Source: an uncultured Alphaproteobacteria bacterium (lineage in GTDB: Bacteria > Pseudomonadota > Alphaproteobacteria > RF32 > CAG-239). From it: 64,000 bases of DNA. This document shows positions 54,401-63,556 of this stretch, one piece after another (position 1 is the stretch's first letter; each line of letters begins with the position of its first letter). The position numbers were made by a program, and so were the translations under genes. Under the pieces are notes generated by a model. That model saw nothing but the letters and a program-made list of their open reading frames with translations. It was not told the origin of the DNA and made no database searches. The stretch lies in contig CALXVV010000002.1 in NCBI GenBank assembly GCA_944392205.1, positions 101,025 to 165,024 on the forward strand, in the 5' to 3' direction.

Positions 54401-54754
54401 GCAGCCTCGGAGCAGCAAAGAATCTGCAAAGAGGTGCTTGCTTTGGTGGAAAATCCTGACTTTGCTCCGCTCTTTGGTGAAAATTCTAAGGCCGAGGTGC
54501 CGGTGATGGGTGAGGTTGAGGGAAAGATTATCTCCGGCAAGATAGACCGTTTGGCCATACTGCCGGATAAGGTGATGATTGTTGACTTCAAAACCAACAG
54601 GCCGGCGGCCCAAACTGTTGCACAGGTTCCCGAATCTTATGTCCGTCAGCTTGCTGCATATAGGGCTTTGGTCGAAAAAATCTATCCCGGTAAAAGGGTC
54701 GAAACCTATATTTTGTGGACAAACACGGCAGTAATGATGCCGATAGGACAATAA
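51392..54754 (+). CDS. addA: double-strand break repair helicase-nuclease AddA (UvrD-like)
   Basis: ASAGTGKTKVL Walker A, VLIDEAQDTSP, TVHGSKGLQAP, LLYVALTRAEERL, C-terminal nuclease block GKIDRL....VDFKTN. Confidence 0.9.
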   Translation: MTMTDLVLEKQRRIDLASAQQRKASDPNLSVWVEASAGTGKTKVLSDRVLRLLLKGVAPARILCLTYTKAAAVEMNNRIAERLSKWAVIDDDKLISQLQQLLGQQTLDDKVMAQARRLFAVLLDTPGGMKIQTIHSFCQEILKRFPLEAKISPYFEVMDDRTADEALENIKTSLLRKIELEPNGRTAQALAYITTKVSEYSFPKLMNSLTENRNKIIRLLAQGSDALLAEVAKKLKVSFDETPESVVEDFFAATDVLAVKSLIEALAQGSATDKGKGEALRKSFEAKDFEAYRSIFLTDKFEPRKSVGTKAVVAAFPEGPDFALSEASRLLEANQKLAAVNLFASTKAVLFLAEDLLKGYTDYKRLHSKVDYEDLIVQTRSLLENPQVAQWVLYKLDGGIDNVLIDEAQDTSPDQWAIIRAITQEFFYGEGAKNKNSTVFAVGDRKQSIYSFQGADPAEFEKMRRYFAAQSSESTPFKEVNLDVSFRSTAAILDTVNRVFEDEAAKTGVVSAEEKVWHVPSRIGEAGKMELWPLVEAEKGENPDVWLPPVERIVAESTSSRLAKMIAENIYKKVQSKELLVSKNRPVRYRDFMVLVQRRNSFVEELVRACKNIGVNVAGADKIRLLEQIAVQDLLSLAKFVLLPEDDLTLAEVLKSPLFGLTDDDLFDLCYNRKSLTLWQRLQGNPKYQQTALVLQQLLNMADQVRPFEFYSHVLTTLKGRQKFVARLGNEAEDGLDEFVNLALSFEQEHIPSLQLFVQWMEGDEVEIKRELEQSQEDAVRIMTVHGSKGLQAPIVILPDTVRVKQIRNEAGLLFDDNLLLYPFQSADYEDNCRQIKKKEKQLSLEEYHRLLYVALTRAEERLCICGYQRGTKVSDESWYSLCKNALSSIAENKDDGSLCYEVCQEAPLPPAPQPAAAKVEVSRFDWIEKPAPVEAPLAKPLTPSKENEDEEEIADSPLNEGHPEYFRRGLIIHKLMQFLPEVELQNREKATMEYLQKFGSDLAASEQQRICKEVLALVENPDFAPLFGENSKAEVPVMGEVEGKIISGKIDRLAILPDKVMIVDFKTNRPAAQTVAQVPESYVRQLAAYRALVEKIYPGKRVETYILWTNTAVMMPIGQ

Positions 54755-54852
54755 ATATATAAATAAGTGCAAATTACTCTTTAATTTATTTTTTTTATCT
54801 CCTATATTATCTGTATTGCATGAGCATTATTTTATATATGAAAGGAAACGAC

Positions 54853-55167
54853 ATGAAAGCTATTACAGACGCCCAGTTCGAAAATGAGGTTTTGAAGGCT
54901 AAGGGTTTGGTCTTGGTTGATTTTTGGGCTGAGTGGTGCGGCCCCTGCCGTCAGTTGATTCCGGTTTTGGAAGAGGTTTCCAAGGAAATGGCTGACAAGG
55001 TTGAGATTTGCAAGATGAATGTTGATGAATCTCCTAACACTGCCGCTCAATATGGAATCCGCAGCATTCCTACTTTGTTCTTGTTCAAAGACGGTAAGCA
55101 GATTGATGTTAAAGTTGGTTTGAACTCCAAGTCAACCATTGAATCTTGGATTAATTCCAACTCTTAA
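54853..55167 (+). CDS. trxA: thioredoxin
   Basis: WAEWCGPCR active site. Start chosen at 54853 (MKAITD), with AAGGAA upstream. Confidence 0.95.
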   Translation: MKAITDAQFENEVLKAKGLVLVDFWAEWCGPCRQLIPVLEEVSKEMADKVEICKMNVDESPNTAAQYGIRSIPTLFLFKDGKQIDVKVGLNSKSTIESWINSNS

Positions 55168-55190
55168 GTCTTGGTGTTTCGATTACTGTA

Positions 55191-55219
55191 GAAAAGCCCG
55201 CAAATTTGCGGGCTTTTTG
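55191..55219. terminator. bidirectional rho-independent terminator
   Basis: agcccgcaaa (55195-55204) / tttgcgggct (55205-55214) with flanking A and T runs. Confidence 0.75.
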
Positions 55220-55220
55220 A

Positions 55221-56585
55221 TTATTGATAGCTCAAAACGTGGTTGGTTTTGGCAATTGAGGTGGTTAGGCGTTTGGCGTCCTCACTCAAGTTCATATTCT
55301 CAAAAATATACAGGGAATCGTGAAAATATTCTAAGGTCTCTTCCAATGTGTCTGTGTCTGCGTCTTTGTTGCCAAGACGATAGTAAATCTCTCCTATCTT
55401 TTCTTGAATCTGCGCCCACAGCAAAGGGTCCCTCTTCTCGGTGATGATTTTTTGCTGATTTTTATAGGCGGCAATCGCCAGCTCGGTTATCTCATCACTG
55501 CCGGTAATGTTGCCAAGGAGAGATAATAAATAGCCTAACTCACCTTCTATCTCTGCCCAGAACTCAGGAAACAGAGCATAGGTGAAAATCTTTTCCGCTT
55601 CTCTTAAATTAAAAACGGCATCTCGCAAAGCTTGCAAATCTTCTTTTTGCCGCCAGTAGTTGAAGTATAATTTGGCAAGTGTGAAAGATATCAACCCATA
55701 GTCGTAGGGATAATTGTATTTGCCAAGGTATTTTTGTGCCAAGCGGTAGTTGCTGATGGCTCCTCTGTAGTAACTGGTGGGATGTTTGGGCAAGTGCATT
55801 GAGGCTGAATCATATAGCTGGCCAAAGTGGTAATAAATACAACCAAGGTGAATGGGGTTCTTTATCAAATCTTGGTGCTTAATGGCCGTTTCTAGCAGAT
55901 TCTTGACAATTTTGAAATCTTTGTCCGTTTCCGAGCGGGCGCAAAAACTCAGATATATAATACCCAAAAAATTCATCACATAGGGGATGTAGTCTATGGA
56001 GAGGGATTTGGCAGAGTTGTCGGAAGACAGCTTGGCGATAATTTTTTTCAGCAAATATCTTTTTTGAATTTGCGGAGTTCTTTCCGTTAAGTTCAAAGCG
56101 CTGATGGTGGCTCCATATAACAGAGTTATCAGTGATGGTGGAAAGAAAATATCTGTTCTTTCAAACAAAACAGCCGGAAAATATAAGCTATCAAGCAGAG
56201 AGACAAAGCTGTCTCCATGGGCGCCGTATTGGTTGCCGGTTTGGAAGTTTAGCCTGATCTTATCTCCTTCCCTGCAGCCCCAAACCAGAACATCTGCTCC
56301 GGTCTTGTCTAATATGTTTTGTCCTTTATCCAGAAGGTCAAACAAGGTGCGGCTTTCCAAGTTTAGGAAAGTTTTATCAAAAGGCTCATCAAAATAACTA
56401 ACGTTTAAGCCTTCACAAGTTTTTAGAAAATTCGCAACAAGCTCTCCGCAATTACCTTCAACATTGTCGGCAAATTCTACGACAACAACGTGAAAGTTTA
56501 TTTGCAAAGCTGCCTCCGGTGTTAGGTCCTCCGGATCGGCCGGGCGAGGTTGCAGGAAAAATTTTTTCAAAAAATCTAGCAGCAT
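55221..56585 (-). CDS. hypothetical protein with a TPR-like C-terminal half
   Basis: Repeated helical pairs with the Y/A/L spacing typical of TPR (AISNYRLAQKYLGK, LAKLYFNYW, IGEIYYRLGN). The N-terminal roughly 130-aa alpha/beta-looking domain is not recognised. Confidence 0.5.
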   Translation of the reverse strand: MLLDFLKKFFLQPRPADPEDLTPEAALQINFHVVVVEFADNVEGNCGELVANFLKTCEGLNVSYFDEPFDKTFLNLESRTLFDLLDKGQNILDKTGADVLVWGCREGDKIRLNFQTGNQYGAHGDSFVSLLDSLYFPAVLFERTDIFFPPSLITLLYGATISALNLTERTPQIQKRYLLKKIIAKLSSDNSAKSLSIDYIPYVMNFLGIIYLSFCARSETDKDFKIVKNLLETAIKHQDLIKNPIHLGCIYYHFGQLYDSASMHLPKHPTSYYRGAISNYRLAQKYLGKYNYPYDYGLISFTLAKLYFNYWRQKEDLQALRDAVFNLREAEKIFTYALFPEFWAEIEGELGYLLSLLGNITGSDEITELAIAAYKNQQKIITEKRDPLLWAQIQEKIGEIYYRLGNKDADTDTLEETLEYFHDSLYIFENMNLSEDAKRLTTSIAKTNHVLSYQ

Positions 56586-56592
56586 TGCGGTT

Positions 56593-57648
56593 CTATTTAT
56601 CCTTGTTGAGGTGTTTTTTTATCTCGGCAAAGTTCTTTTTGAGCTCGGCGGCAACGGCTTGGTTGGTCTCTCTTATGCCAGAGGTGAGAGTGCTCCAGTG
56701 TACCAGTCGATAAAGCTGCCATGCCGTGATGGCGGCGCAGACCAAAGGTATGGAAATCTGGTTGGGAGCATAAACCTGAAAACAACCAAACAAAACCAAC
56801 AGCAGGTTGATTCTTAAAAAATGGCTGGCGATGGTTGCTTGGGATAATCCTGAAGAAACCGCCTTGGCATAAGCCGTGTCTTGCTTGATGTCGGCAAAGG
56901 CTGGTAAAAACGTCAGCTTTTGAGCGAGCGCAAAAAGCAACTCACAAATGAACAGCATGATGAATATGACAGCCGGAGCGGCTGAGCCTTCTGCCACACA
57001 CCAGGCAAGCTGGCCTCCGATGAGAAACCCCAGCAAATCTACCTCGCTGTCTTTGAGAGAAAGAGCAGCGGGATACCAGTTGTATAGTAAAAAGGCCAGA
57101 GAAACCGCGAACAGGCAGGCATTGGTTAAACCCAGAGCAAAGGGGGCAGCGCCAATCAGCGAGAGAACGAAAATGCCAAGCCCGCTGCAAAGAAGTTCTG
57201 AAACAACCAAAGCAGGCTCTCCATTTAATACTCTTAATCCCACGGCAATGATTGACCACAGAAAGGCAACAATCAATTGGTTACCCCAAAGCGGGAGATT
57301 TGAAAATAAGATTGTTTCAATATTAAAGCATATCAAAACAAAGCTTGCCAGAGAGAAAGAAATCAGCCATCTGAAAATGAGCTTGAGCGGAAAGAATATG
57401 AGTGCGGCAACCGGCAGTGCTGCCAACAGAGGCATTAAAAAAGCCAGAGCAGAAGATGGCGAGATGAAGTCATTGTTGTGCCAACCAAAGATGCCAAAAG
57501 ACACAGAAACCGTAAGAATTAAAGCGTAAATGCCTATGGCAGAGAAAGGAATTTTTGGCTCTTTGCGGCTTAATATGTTGAAAATAATGAACCCGGCCAG
57601 AAGACAAAACAAACTACCAAACAACAGAAAAGTATTTTCCAAACTCAT
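56593..57648 (-). CDS. polytopic integral membrane protein, unknown family
   Basis: 351 aa with about 10 hydrophobic helices. It ends 8 nt before the next gene. Confidence 0.6.
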   Translation of the reverse strand: MSLENTFLLFGSLFCLLAGFIIFNILSRKEPKIPFSAIGIYALILTVSVSFGIFGWHNNDFISPSSALAFLMPLLAALPVAALIFFPLKLIFRWLISFSLASFVLICFNIETILFSNLPLWGNQLIVAFLWSIIAVGLRVLNGEPALVVSELLCSGLGIFVLSLIGAAPFALGLTNACLFAVSLAFLLYNWYPAALSLKDSEVDLLGFLIGGQLAWCVAEGSAAPAVIFIMLFICELLFALAQKLTFLPAFADIKQDTAYAKAVSSGLSQATIASHFLRINLLLVLFGCFQVYAPNQISIPLVCAAITAWQLYRLVHWSTLTSGIRETNQAVAAELKKNFAEIKKHLNKDK

Positions 57649-57730
57649 CTTTTGCCCCTTTGAGCTAATCTAAACTGAAAAGAGTATAATCTGGATGCTT
57701 GTTTTCTTCAAGCAAGATTAACAGGTTATG

Positions 57731-58654
57731 CTAAAGTTTATTGCGTATTTTCTTTATTAGATTTTTTAAGGTGGTAAAGCGTGAATCTTCAGGCGAAATC
57801 CCGTGAAACAGCAGGGCTTCTAAGCGCTCAAGCAATAAGATGCTGCTTGTTTTTGATAGGCGTTGCAAGAGAGGCGTGTAGTTTTCGGGAATGGCGTATA
57901 TTTCCGATAAGATATCGGCGCTTTCCATTTTTACATTATCAATGCGGCTTAGGTCTACAATTTCTGCAATGCATTTATCTATGATGGCCCGTCCTTCTTT
58001 GGTCTTGCCCAAGGCATAGATGCTTTTTCCGGAAGGCAGATCTAATAAGGCGGCGGTGATGCGTGGGGCAAACCAGTGCCAAAAGTTGGCCGCATCTGCT
58101 TCTTTTGCGCTTGTTTCTATATCGGTGCTGTTAAAAATATCTTGCAGGGAAGTCGCCTGCGGGGAAAGTTCTTCAAGGCTAAACGTTATATTGGGATGAC
58201 GGCTAAAATTTGTAACGTGGTTTTTGTCGCGGCTTAGCCAGCCGTTAAAGTAGGCATTGATGGTTACTTTTCCTAAAATATCGCTTATCAGAGAATTAGG
58301 TGTTGTCGGCACAAAAGAAACAACGGGTGTTTCTGCCAAATAGCGAGGAGAAAGCAAAAGAAGGTCTCTGCGCAGACATGTTATGTTTGAAGCTATGAGG
58401 AGTAAATCCGGCGCAAAATCCAGCTCAAAAGAATAATGAAAATTATGTCGGTGGCTTTGCAAGCGCTGCTCGTTTTTTATGATAAAATCCGTGGCTCCGA
58501 ATTCATCGGCCTCTTGCGGGAGGCAAAGAAGGGTAATTTTATGGCCGCTTTTTTGCAGCTCGGATGCGAGATAAAAACCAAGGGCTGAGGTTCCTAAAAT
58601 GCATATGTTTTTGGGGGCTGTTGTTTGTTTATTTTCTGGCTTGGCAAAAAACAT
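57731..58654 (-). CDS. ketopantoate-reductase-fold (ApbA/PanE-like) protein with a degenerate dinucleotide motif
   Basis: ICILGTSALGFYLASELQKSGHKITLL resembles the PanE N-terminal Rossmann start, but GxGxxG reads GTSALG. The start overlaps the rsmB stop (TAATG). Confidence 0.4.
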   Translation of the reverse strand: MFFAKPENKQTTAPKNICILGTSALGFYLASELQKSGHKITLLCLPQEADEFGATDFIIKNEQRLQSHRHNFHYSFELDFAPDLLLIASNITCLRRDLLLLSPRYLAETPVVSFVPTTPNSLISDILGKVTINAYFNGWLSRDKNHVTNFSRHPNITFSLEELSPQATSLQDIFNSTDIETSAKEADAANFWHWFAPRITAALLDLPSGKSIYALGKTKEGRAIIDKCIAEIVDLSRIDNVKMESADILSEIYAIPENYTPLLQRLSKTSSILLLERLEALLFHGISPEDSRFTTLKNLIKKIRNKL

Positions 58655-59916
58655 TAGTTTTCCTTCTTTAGTAAAGCTATAAAAAAGCCATCGGCTCCTT
58701 TGTATTGCGGCAGAGAGGATGGCAAAATTCTGATCCAGCCTTCAGGTGTTTGCAGGTCTGCAAGCTCGGGCGGAAGAGGAGCCGAAATGGTTTTGAATTC
58801 CTTTCTGTCTTGCAGAAAAGAGGCTATTTGCTCTTCTCCTTCTTTTTTGCAAAGAGAGCAGGTGCAATAAACTAAAATACCGTCTTTTTTTAAGGCTCGT
58901 CCGGCCAAATTCAGCAGCTGTTTTTGCAAATTTGCCATCTTTTCAACATCCGCGGCGCTTTTGATGTGCACCAATTCCGGATGGCGGCGCAAAGTGCCGG
59001 TAGCAGAACACGGGGCATCAAGCAAAATGATGTCAAACGGCTCACCGTAGAAATCTTGCAAGAAGCGCAGGGCATCTTCGCAAATAATGTTATCTGCCTT
59101 TAGATTTAAGCGGCTCAAGTTTTCTTCTAGCTTTTTTAGGCGGGGGGCAGATATATCAACAGCCGTAACTTTTGCACCTTTAGCAAGGAGTTGTGCCGTT
59201 TTGCCGCCCGGAGCCGCGCAAAGGTCTAAAACTTTTTTGCCTTTAATATCTTTCAGCAGTTTAACCGGGAGGGCTGATGAAAAGTCTTGAACCCACCAAA
59301 GTCCTTTTTTGTATCCGTTTATTTTTGTTATGGAGCCTGAGTTCTTGAGGCGTAGAGTGCCAAGAGGCAACACTTGCGCCCCTTTTATTGTGCAGGGTTC
59401 TTTAAGCGTGATGTCAAGCAGAGGCTCTTCCAGGGCTGCTTTTTCAATGGCAAGCGTTTGCTTCTTGCCATAATCTTTATTTAACAGCCCTCTGAAATCG
59501 TTGGGAAAAAACATGCCCTGGTCTTGAGTCTTGAACTCTTCTTTGCCTGCGCAAACTTTTCTTAAAACCGCATTGACAAAGCCGGCAACATATTTATCCA
59601 GACGTTTTTTGACAATTTCAACATAACTGTTGATAACGGCATAGTCCGGTGTGTTGAGGTACAAAGCCTCCGTTGCGCCCAAAATAAGCGCATAATATGC
59701 CATTTGTGACGAGGCCGGCAATTTCTTTTTGATGAAATTTTTGAGAATCTTCTTGATATAAACCAAATGCCGCAACGATGTTTGCAAGAGCATATTGGCA
59801 AAAGCCGTGTCTGTTTCCAAAGCCGAATCGAGGTGTGTTTTTATATCTTGAGCAAAAGTCCTCTTTTCCAGGATCTCTTGGAGCATGATTGTTGCTTGCA
59901 AACGTATGTCAGACAT
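58654..59916 (-). CDS. rsmB: 16S rRNA (cytosine967-C5)-methyltransferase RsmB
   Basis: NusB-like N-terminus, DLCAAPGGKT, DAPCSATG, YCTCS. Confidence 0.9.
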   Translation of the reverse strand: MSDIRLQATIMLQEILEKRTFAQDIKTHLDSALETDTAFANMLLQTSLRHLVYIKKILKNFIKKKLPASSQMAYYALILGATEALYLNTPDYAVINSYVEIVKKRLDKYVAGFVNAVLRKVCAGKEEFKTQDQGMFFPNDFRGLLNKDYGKKQTLAIEKAALEEPLLDITLKEPCTIKGAQVLPLGTLRLKNSGSITKINGYKKGLWWVQDFSSALPVKLLKDIKGKKVLDLCAAPGGKTAQLLAKGAKVTAVDISAPRLKKLEENLSRLNLKADNIICEDALRFLQDFYGEPFDIILLDAPCSATGTLRRHPELVHIKSAADVEKMANLQKQLLNLAGRALKKDGILVYCTCSLCKKEGEEQIASFLQDRKEFKTISAPLPPELADLQTPEGWIRILPSSLPQYKGADGFFIALLKKEN

Positions 59917-60068
59917 TTGTTCTTTGCCTTTTGTGGTTTTGAAATCTGCCTTATTTTATTTTATCTGGCGATAATTACAAGAGAGAAAAAATAGACTCTT
60001 GTCAAATAACTTAAACTACGTTACTTTTGAGAAAAAGTTTGTGAAATAACACTCTGAAGAGATTGATA

Positions 60069-60503
60069 ATGAAAAAATATACCGTTTTGCTCCTTGCCCT
60101 TTTGCTTTCGGGCTGTGCATGGATGAACCCTTTTAATTGGTGGGGCGAGCCGGAGGTAAAAGAAGAGGTAAAAACAACTTTTGAGCCAAATAAGTTTTTG
60201 TGGCAGGCTGCCAAAGATAAAGTTGCTTTTATGAAGGAAATTTCCGAAGATAAAGAATCGGGAACCATTACAACCGGGTGGACTTTGGTCGAAGGTGTGT
60301 CCGGAGTTGAGTACCAGCTCGAGATTAAGGTCTTGAGTGAAAAGTTGCGTAGTGATTGTTTGGTTGCCAAAGTCAATAAACGATTGTGGAACGGGCAAGA
60401 GTGGGTGGCAGAGCCTGATAATTTGGAGCTTGACCGAAAGGTGGAAGGTGCAATTTTGAAACAAGCACGAGTTTTATATCGAAAAAGTTTGAACTTAAAA
60501 TAA
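60069..60503 (+). CDS. lipoprotein (DUF3576-like)
   Basis: Lipobox LLLSGC. The position immediately upstream of leuS matches my recollection of DUF3576 genes in Alphaproteobacteria. Confidence 0.6.
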   Translation: MKKYTVLLLALLLSGCAWMNPFNWWGEPEVKEEVKTTFEPNKFLWQAAKDKVAFMKEISEDKESGTITTGWTLVEGVSGVEYQLEIKVLSEKLRSDCLVAKVNKRLWNGQEWVAEPDNLELDRKVEGAILKQARVLYRKSLNLK

Positions 60504-60523
60504 AATTTCTGGGATAATAAACA

Positions 60524-62977
60524 ATGAACAATAAAAGATTTGATGGCAAAGAGAGCTTTGCAGAGTGGCAAAAAGAATGGCCTTTGGAAGATCGTTATAA
60601 CTTCAAAAAAATAGAAAAAAAATGGCAGGGAATCTGGGATGATGAAAAAGCCTACCATGTTGAGATAGACAAGAGCAAACCAAAGTTTTATGCCTTGGTT
60701 GAATTTCCGTACCCTTCCGGTGCGGGGCTGCATGTGGGGCATCCGCGTTCTTATACCGCGTTGGATGTTATCGCTCGCAAAAAGAGAATGCAGGGATTTA
60801 ATGTGCTCTACCCGATGGGCTTTGATGCTTTTGGCCTGCCGGCTGAAAACTATGCCATCAAAACAGGCGTGCATCCTGCCGTATCTACAAAGAAAAATAT
60901 TGAAACTTTTACCAAGCAGCTGAAATCTTTGGGCTTTAGCTTTGATTGGGACAGATGTATCGATACTTCTTCTCCGGAATATTATAAATGGACACAATGG
61001 ATGTTCATTAAGTTCTTTGAAAAAGGTTTGGCCTATAAAGATAAAATCGCCATCAACTGGTGCCCGTCTTGTAAGGTTGGCTTGGCTAATGAAGAAGTTG
61101 TCAACGGACATTGCGAGCGTTGCGGGGCAGAGGTTGTTCGCAAAGATAAAGAACAGTGGATGATTGCTATTACCAAGTATGCCGATAGGCTTATTAATGA
61201 CTTGGAAGGGCTTGATTTTATTGACAGAGTTAAATCTCAGCAAATTAACTGGATTGGCCGCTCCGAAGGTGCCGAACTCGATTTTAAATTCGGGGATGAC
61301 AAATTAACTGTCTTTACAACACGTCCGGATACTGCTTTTGGCGTGACTTATATGGTTTTGGCGCCGGAACATGAGTTCGTACAGAAGTATATGAGCAAGT
61401 TTTCCAACCCCGATGAAGTGAAAGCTTATGTTGAGGCTACGGCTAAAAAGTCTGATCTGCAAAGAACCATGGATGATTCAAAAACAGGTGTCGAACTTAA
61501 AGGGGTTAAGGCTGTTAACCCGTTTACGGGAGGGGAGATTCCGGTTTTTATCTCTGATTATGTTTTGACCGGGTATGGAACCGGTGCAATTATGGCAGTG
61601 CCGGCCCATGACCAGCGTGACTATGATTTTGCCAAAGTCTTTAATTTGCCGATTATCCAAGTTTTGGAAGGCGGGGACATCTCTGAAAAAGCTTGGGAAG
61701 AAGACGGAGCCCATATCAACTCAGGTTTCTTGAACGGTATGAATAAAGAAGACGGCATGAAGGCTGCTATTGAGTATGCGACTTCTCATGGCTTTGGGCG
61801 GGCAAAAGTTAACTTCAAATTGCGAGATTGGGTGTTCTCTCGTCAGCGTTATTGGGGTGAACCTATTCCTATGGTTTATTGTGAAAAATGCGGTTGGCAG
61901 CCGATCCCTGAATCTGAGTTGCCGCTCACTTTGCCGCCGGTGCCGGATTATCATCCCAATGATGAAGGCGAATCGCCTCTTTCTAAAGCCGGTGATTGGC
62001 TCAATGCCACTTGTCCGAAATGTGGCGGCCATGCACGCAGAGAGACTGATACCATGCCAAACTGGGCAGGGTCTTCTTGGTATTTCTTGCGTTATTGTGA
62101 TCCGCACAATGATAAGGAATTTGCCTCTAAAGAAGCTCTGGAGTATTGGATGCCGGTTGATTGGTATAATGGAGGAATGGAGCACACCACTTTGCACCTG
62201 CTTTATTCTCGTTTTTGGCACAAGTTCCTCTATGATTGTGGTTTGGTGCCGACCAAGGAGCCTTATAAAAAACGTACTTCTCATGGCATGATTTTGGCTG
62301 AAAACGGTGAGAAAATGTCAAAGTCTCGCGGAAATGTCATTAATCCAGATGATATTGTTGATGCTTATGGCGCTGATACTTTCCGCTTGTATGAGATGTT
62401 TATCGGGCCGTTTGACCAAGTGGCGATGTGGTCTGATGAGAGTTTGATGGGTGTCTACCGCTTTGTCGGTAAAGTCTATAACCTCTTCAAGAAAGTTTAT
62501 GATATTCCGGCAACGGCAAACGATCTGCGCGCTATGCATAAATGTATTTTGGAAGTAACCGAGCGTATTGATCAGATGAAGTTTAATACTGCCGTGTCTT
62601 CTCTGATGACTTTTGTGAACTATATGTCTTCTCTTGAGAAAGTGCCGGCAGAGCTTTACAGCACCCTTATTCGCTTGATGTCTCCGTTTACACCGCACTT
62701 GGCAGAGGAGATGTGGGCGCGTTTGGGCAATGATACGTTGGTTATTACCGAGGCTTGGCCGGTTGGTGACCCTAAATTGGCAGAGGAAACGACGGTGACT
62801 TACGCCGTGCAAATTTGCGGAAAAGTTCGCGGCACCATAGAAATGCCAAAGGATGCCCCGCGGGAAGATGTTGAAAAAGCAGCGTTGGCTATTGGCAATG
62901 TCCAACGCCAGCTGGAAGGAAAAACAATCAAGAAGATTATTGTTGTTCCTAACAAAATCGTGAACATTGTTGCTTAG
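60524..62977 (+). CDS. leuS: leucine--tRNA ligase
   Basis: HVGHPRSYT (HIGH) and KMSKSRGN (KMSKS); CP1 editing domain present. Confidence 0.95.
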   Translation: MNNKRFDGKESFAEWQKEWPLEDRYNFKKIEKKWQGIWDDEKAYHVEIDKSKPKFYALVEFPYPSGAGLHVGHPRSYTALDVIARKKRMQGFNVLYPMGFDAFGLPAENYAIKTGVHPAVSTKKNIETFTKQLKSLGFSFDWDRCIDTSSPEYYKWTQWMFIKFFEKGLAYKDKIAINWCPSCKVGLANEEVVNGHCERCGAEVVRKDKEQWMIAITKYADRLINDLEGLDFIDRVKSQQINWIGRSEGAELDFKFGDDKLTVFTTRPDTAFGVTYMVLAPEHEFVQKYMSKFSNPDEVKAYVEATAKKSDLQRTMDDSKTGVELKGVKAVNPFTGGEIPVFISDYVLTGYGTGAIMAVPAHDQRDYDFAKVFNLPIIQVLEGGDISEKAWEEDGAHINSGFLNGMNKEDGMKAAIEYATSHGFGRAKVNFKLRDWVFSRQRYWGEPIPMVYCEKCGWQPIPESELPLTLPPVPDYHPNDEGESPLSKAGDWLNATCPKCGGHARRETDTMPNWAGSSWYFLRYCDPHNDKEFASKEALEYWMPVDWYNGGMEHTTLHLLYSRFWHKFLYDCGLVPTKEPYKKRTSHGMILAENGEKMSKSRGNVINPDDIVDAYGADTFRLYEMFIGPFDQVAMWSDESLMGVYRFVGKVYNLFKKVYDIPATANDLRAMHKCILEVTERIDQMKFNTAVSSLMTFVNYMSSLEKVPAELYSTLIRLMSPFTPHLAEEMWARLGNDTLVITEAWPVGDPKLAEETTVTYAVQICGKVRGTIEMPKDAPREDVEKAALAIGNVQRQLEGKTIKKIIVVPNKIVNIVA

Positions 62978-63014
62978 CATAAAACACAGTCGGATAGCAT
63001 GAAGGAGAAAGGAA

Positions 63015-63554
63015 ATGAGTAGAAAATGGTTGCTTTGTCTTTTGGCCATAGTGCTCTCCGGCTGTGGTTTTGAGCCCTTGTATGTGAAGCGAGATACCAC
63101 AAGCTCATGGTATTTTGGCGGAAAGACGGATACTTCGATTACGACTGAGATGGCTCAGGTTAAAGTGGAAAGAATTTCTGATAGATTTGGACAGCAACTG
63201 CGCAATAACTTGCTTGATTTAATCACTCCGACCGGAACGCCTAAGAATCCGAAATATCGTCTGAAGGTAAAGCTTCTTAGCCGAAATGTGGTCCAGCAGG
63301 CTATGCGCCGCGATATCACCGCAACAAGTGAGCGTGTTACGTATCGTGTCGGATATGAGTTGCTTGAGGGAAGCAAAACCTTGGTCAAGGGGGATAGTGT
63401 TGCTTATGTAAGCTATGATATTATGGCCAACCCTTATTCTACAACTATGGCTCAGAAAAAAACCGAAACCGATGCCGCTAAAATTCTTGCTAATGATATT
63501 GCTTTGCGTTTGGGGGCTTACTTCCACTCGCAACAGGGCAAAAAAGGACAGTAA
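63015..63554 (+). CDS. lptE: LPS-assembly lipoprotein LptE
   Basis: Lipobox VLSGC, size, and the conserved leuS-lptE-holA order. Confidence 0.7.
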   Translation: MSRKWLLCLLAIVLSGCGFEPLYVKRDTTSSWYFGGKTDTSITTEMAQVKVERISDRFGQQLRNNLLDLITPTGTPKNPKYRLKVKLLSRNVVQQAMRRDITATSERVTYRVGYELLEGSKTLVKGDSVAYVSYDIMANPYSTTMAQKKTETDAAKILANDIALRLGAYFHSQQGKKGQ

Positions 63555-63556
63555 TC

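Noticed and set aside
60011-61243. 410-aa ORF on the minus strand spanning the DUF3576-like gene and the 5' part of leuS
   Set aside because: It is fully antisense to two genes with strong family signatures (lipobox; HIGH motif of LeuS). The product is low-complexity and Phe/Leu/Ile/Ser/Arg-rich, with no RBS and no recognisable motifs. This is the typical long shadow ORF opposite a real gene.
62318-63100. 260-aa minus-strand ORF opposite the leuS 3' end and the lptE start
   Set aside because: It is antisense to the KMSKS-containing region of LeuS, with no RBS or motifs.
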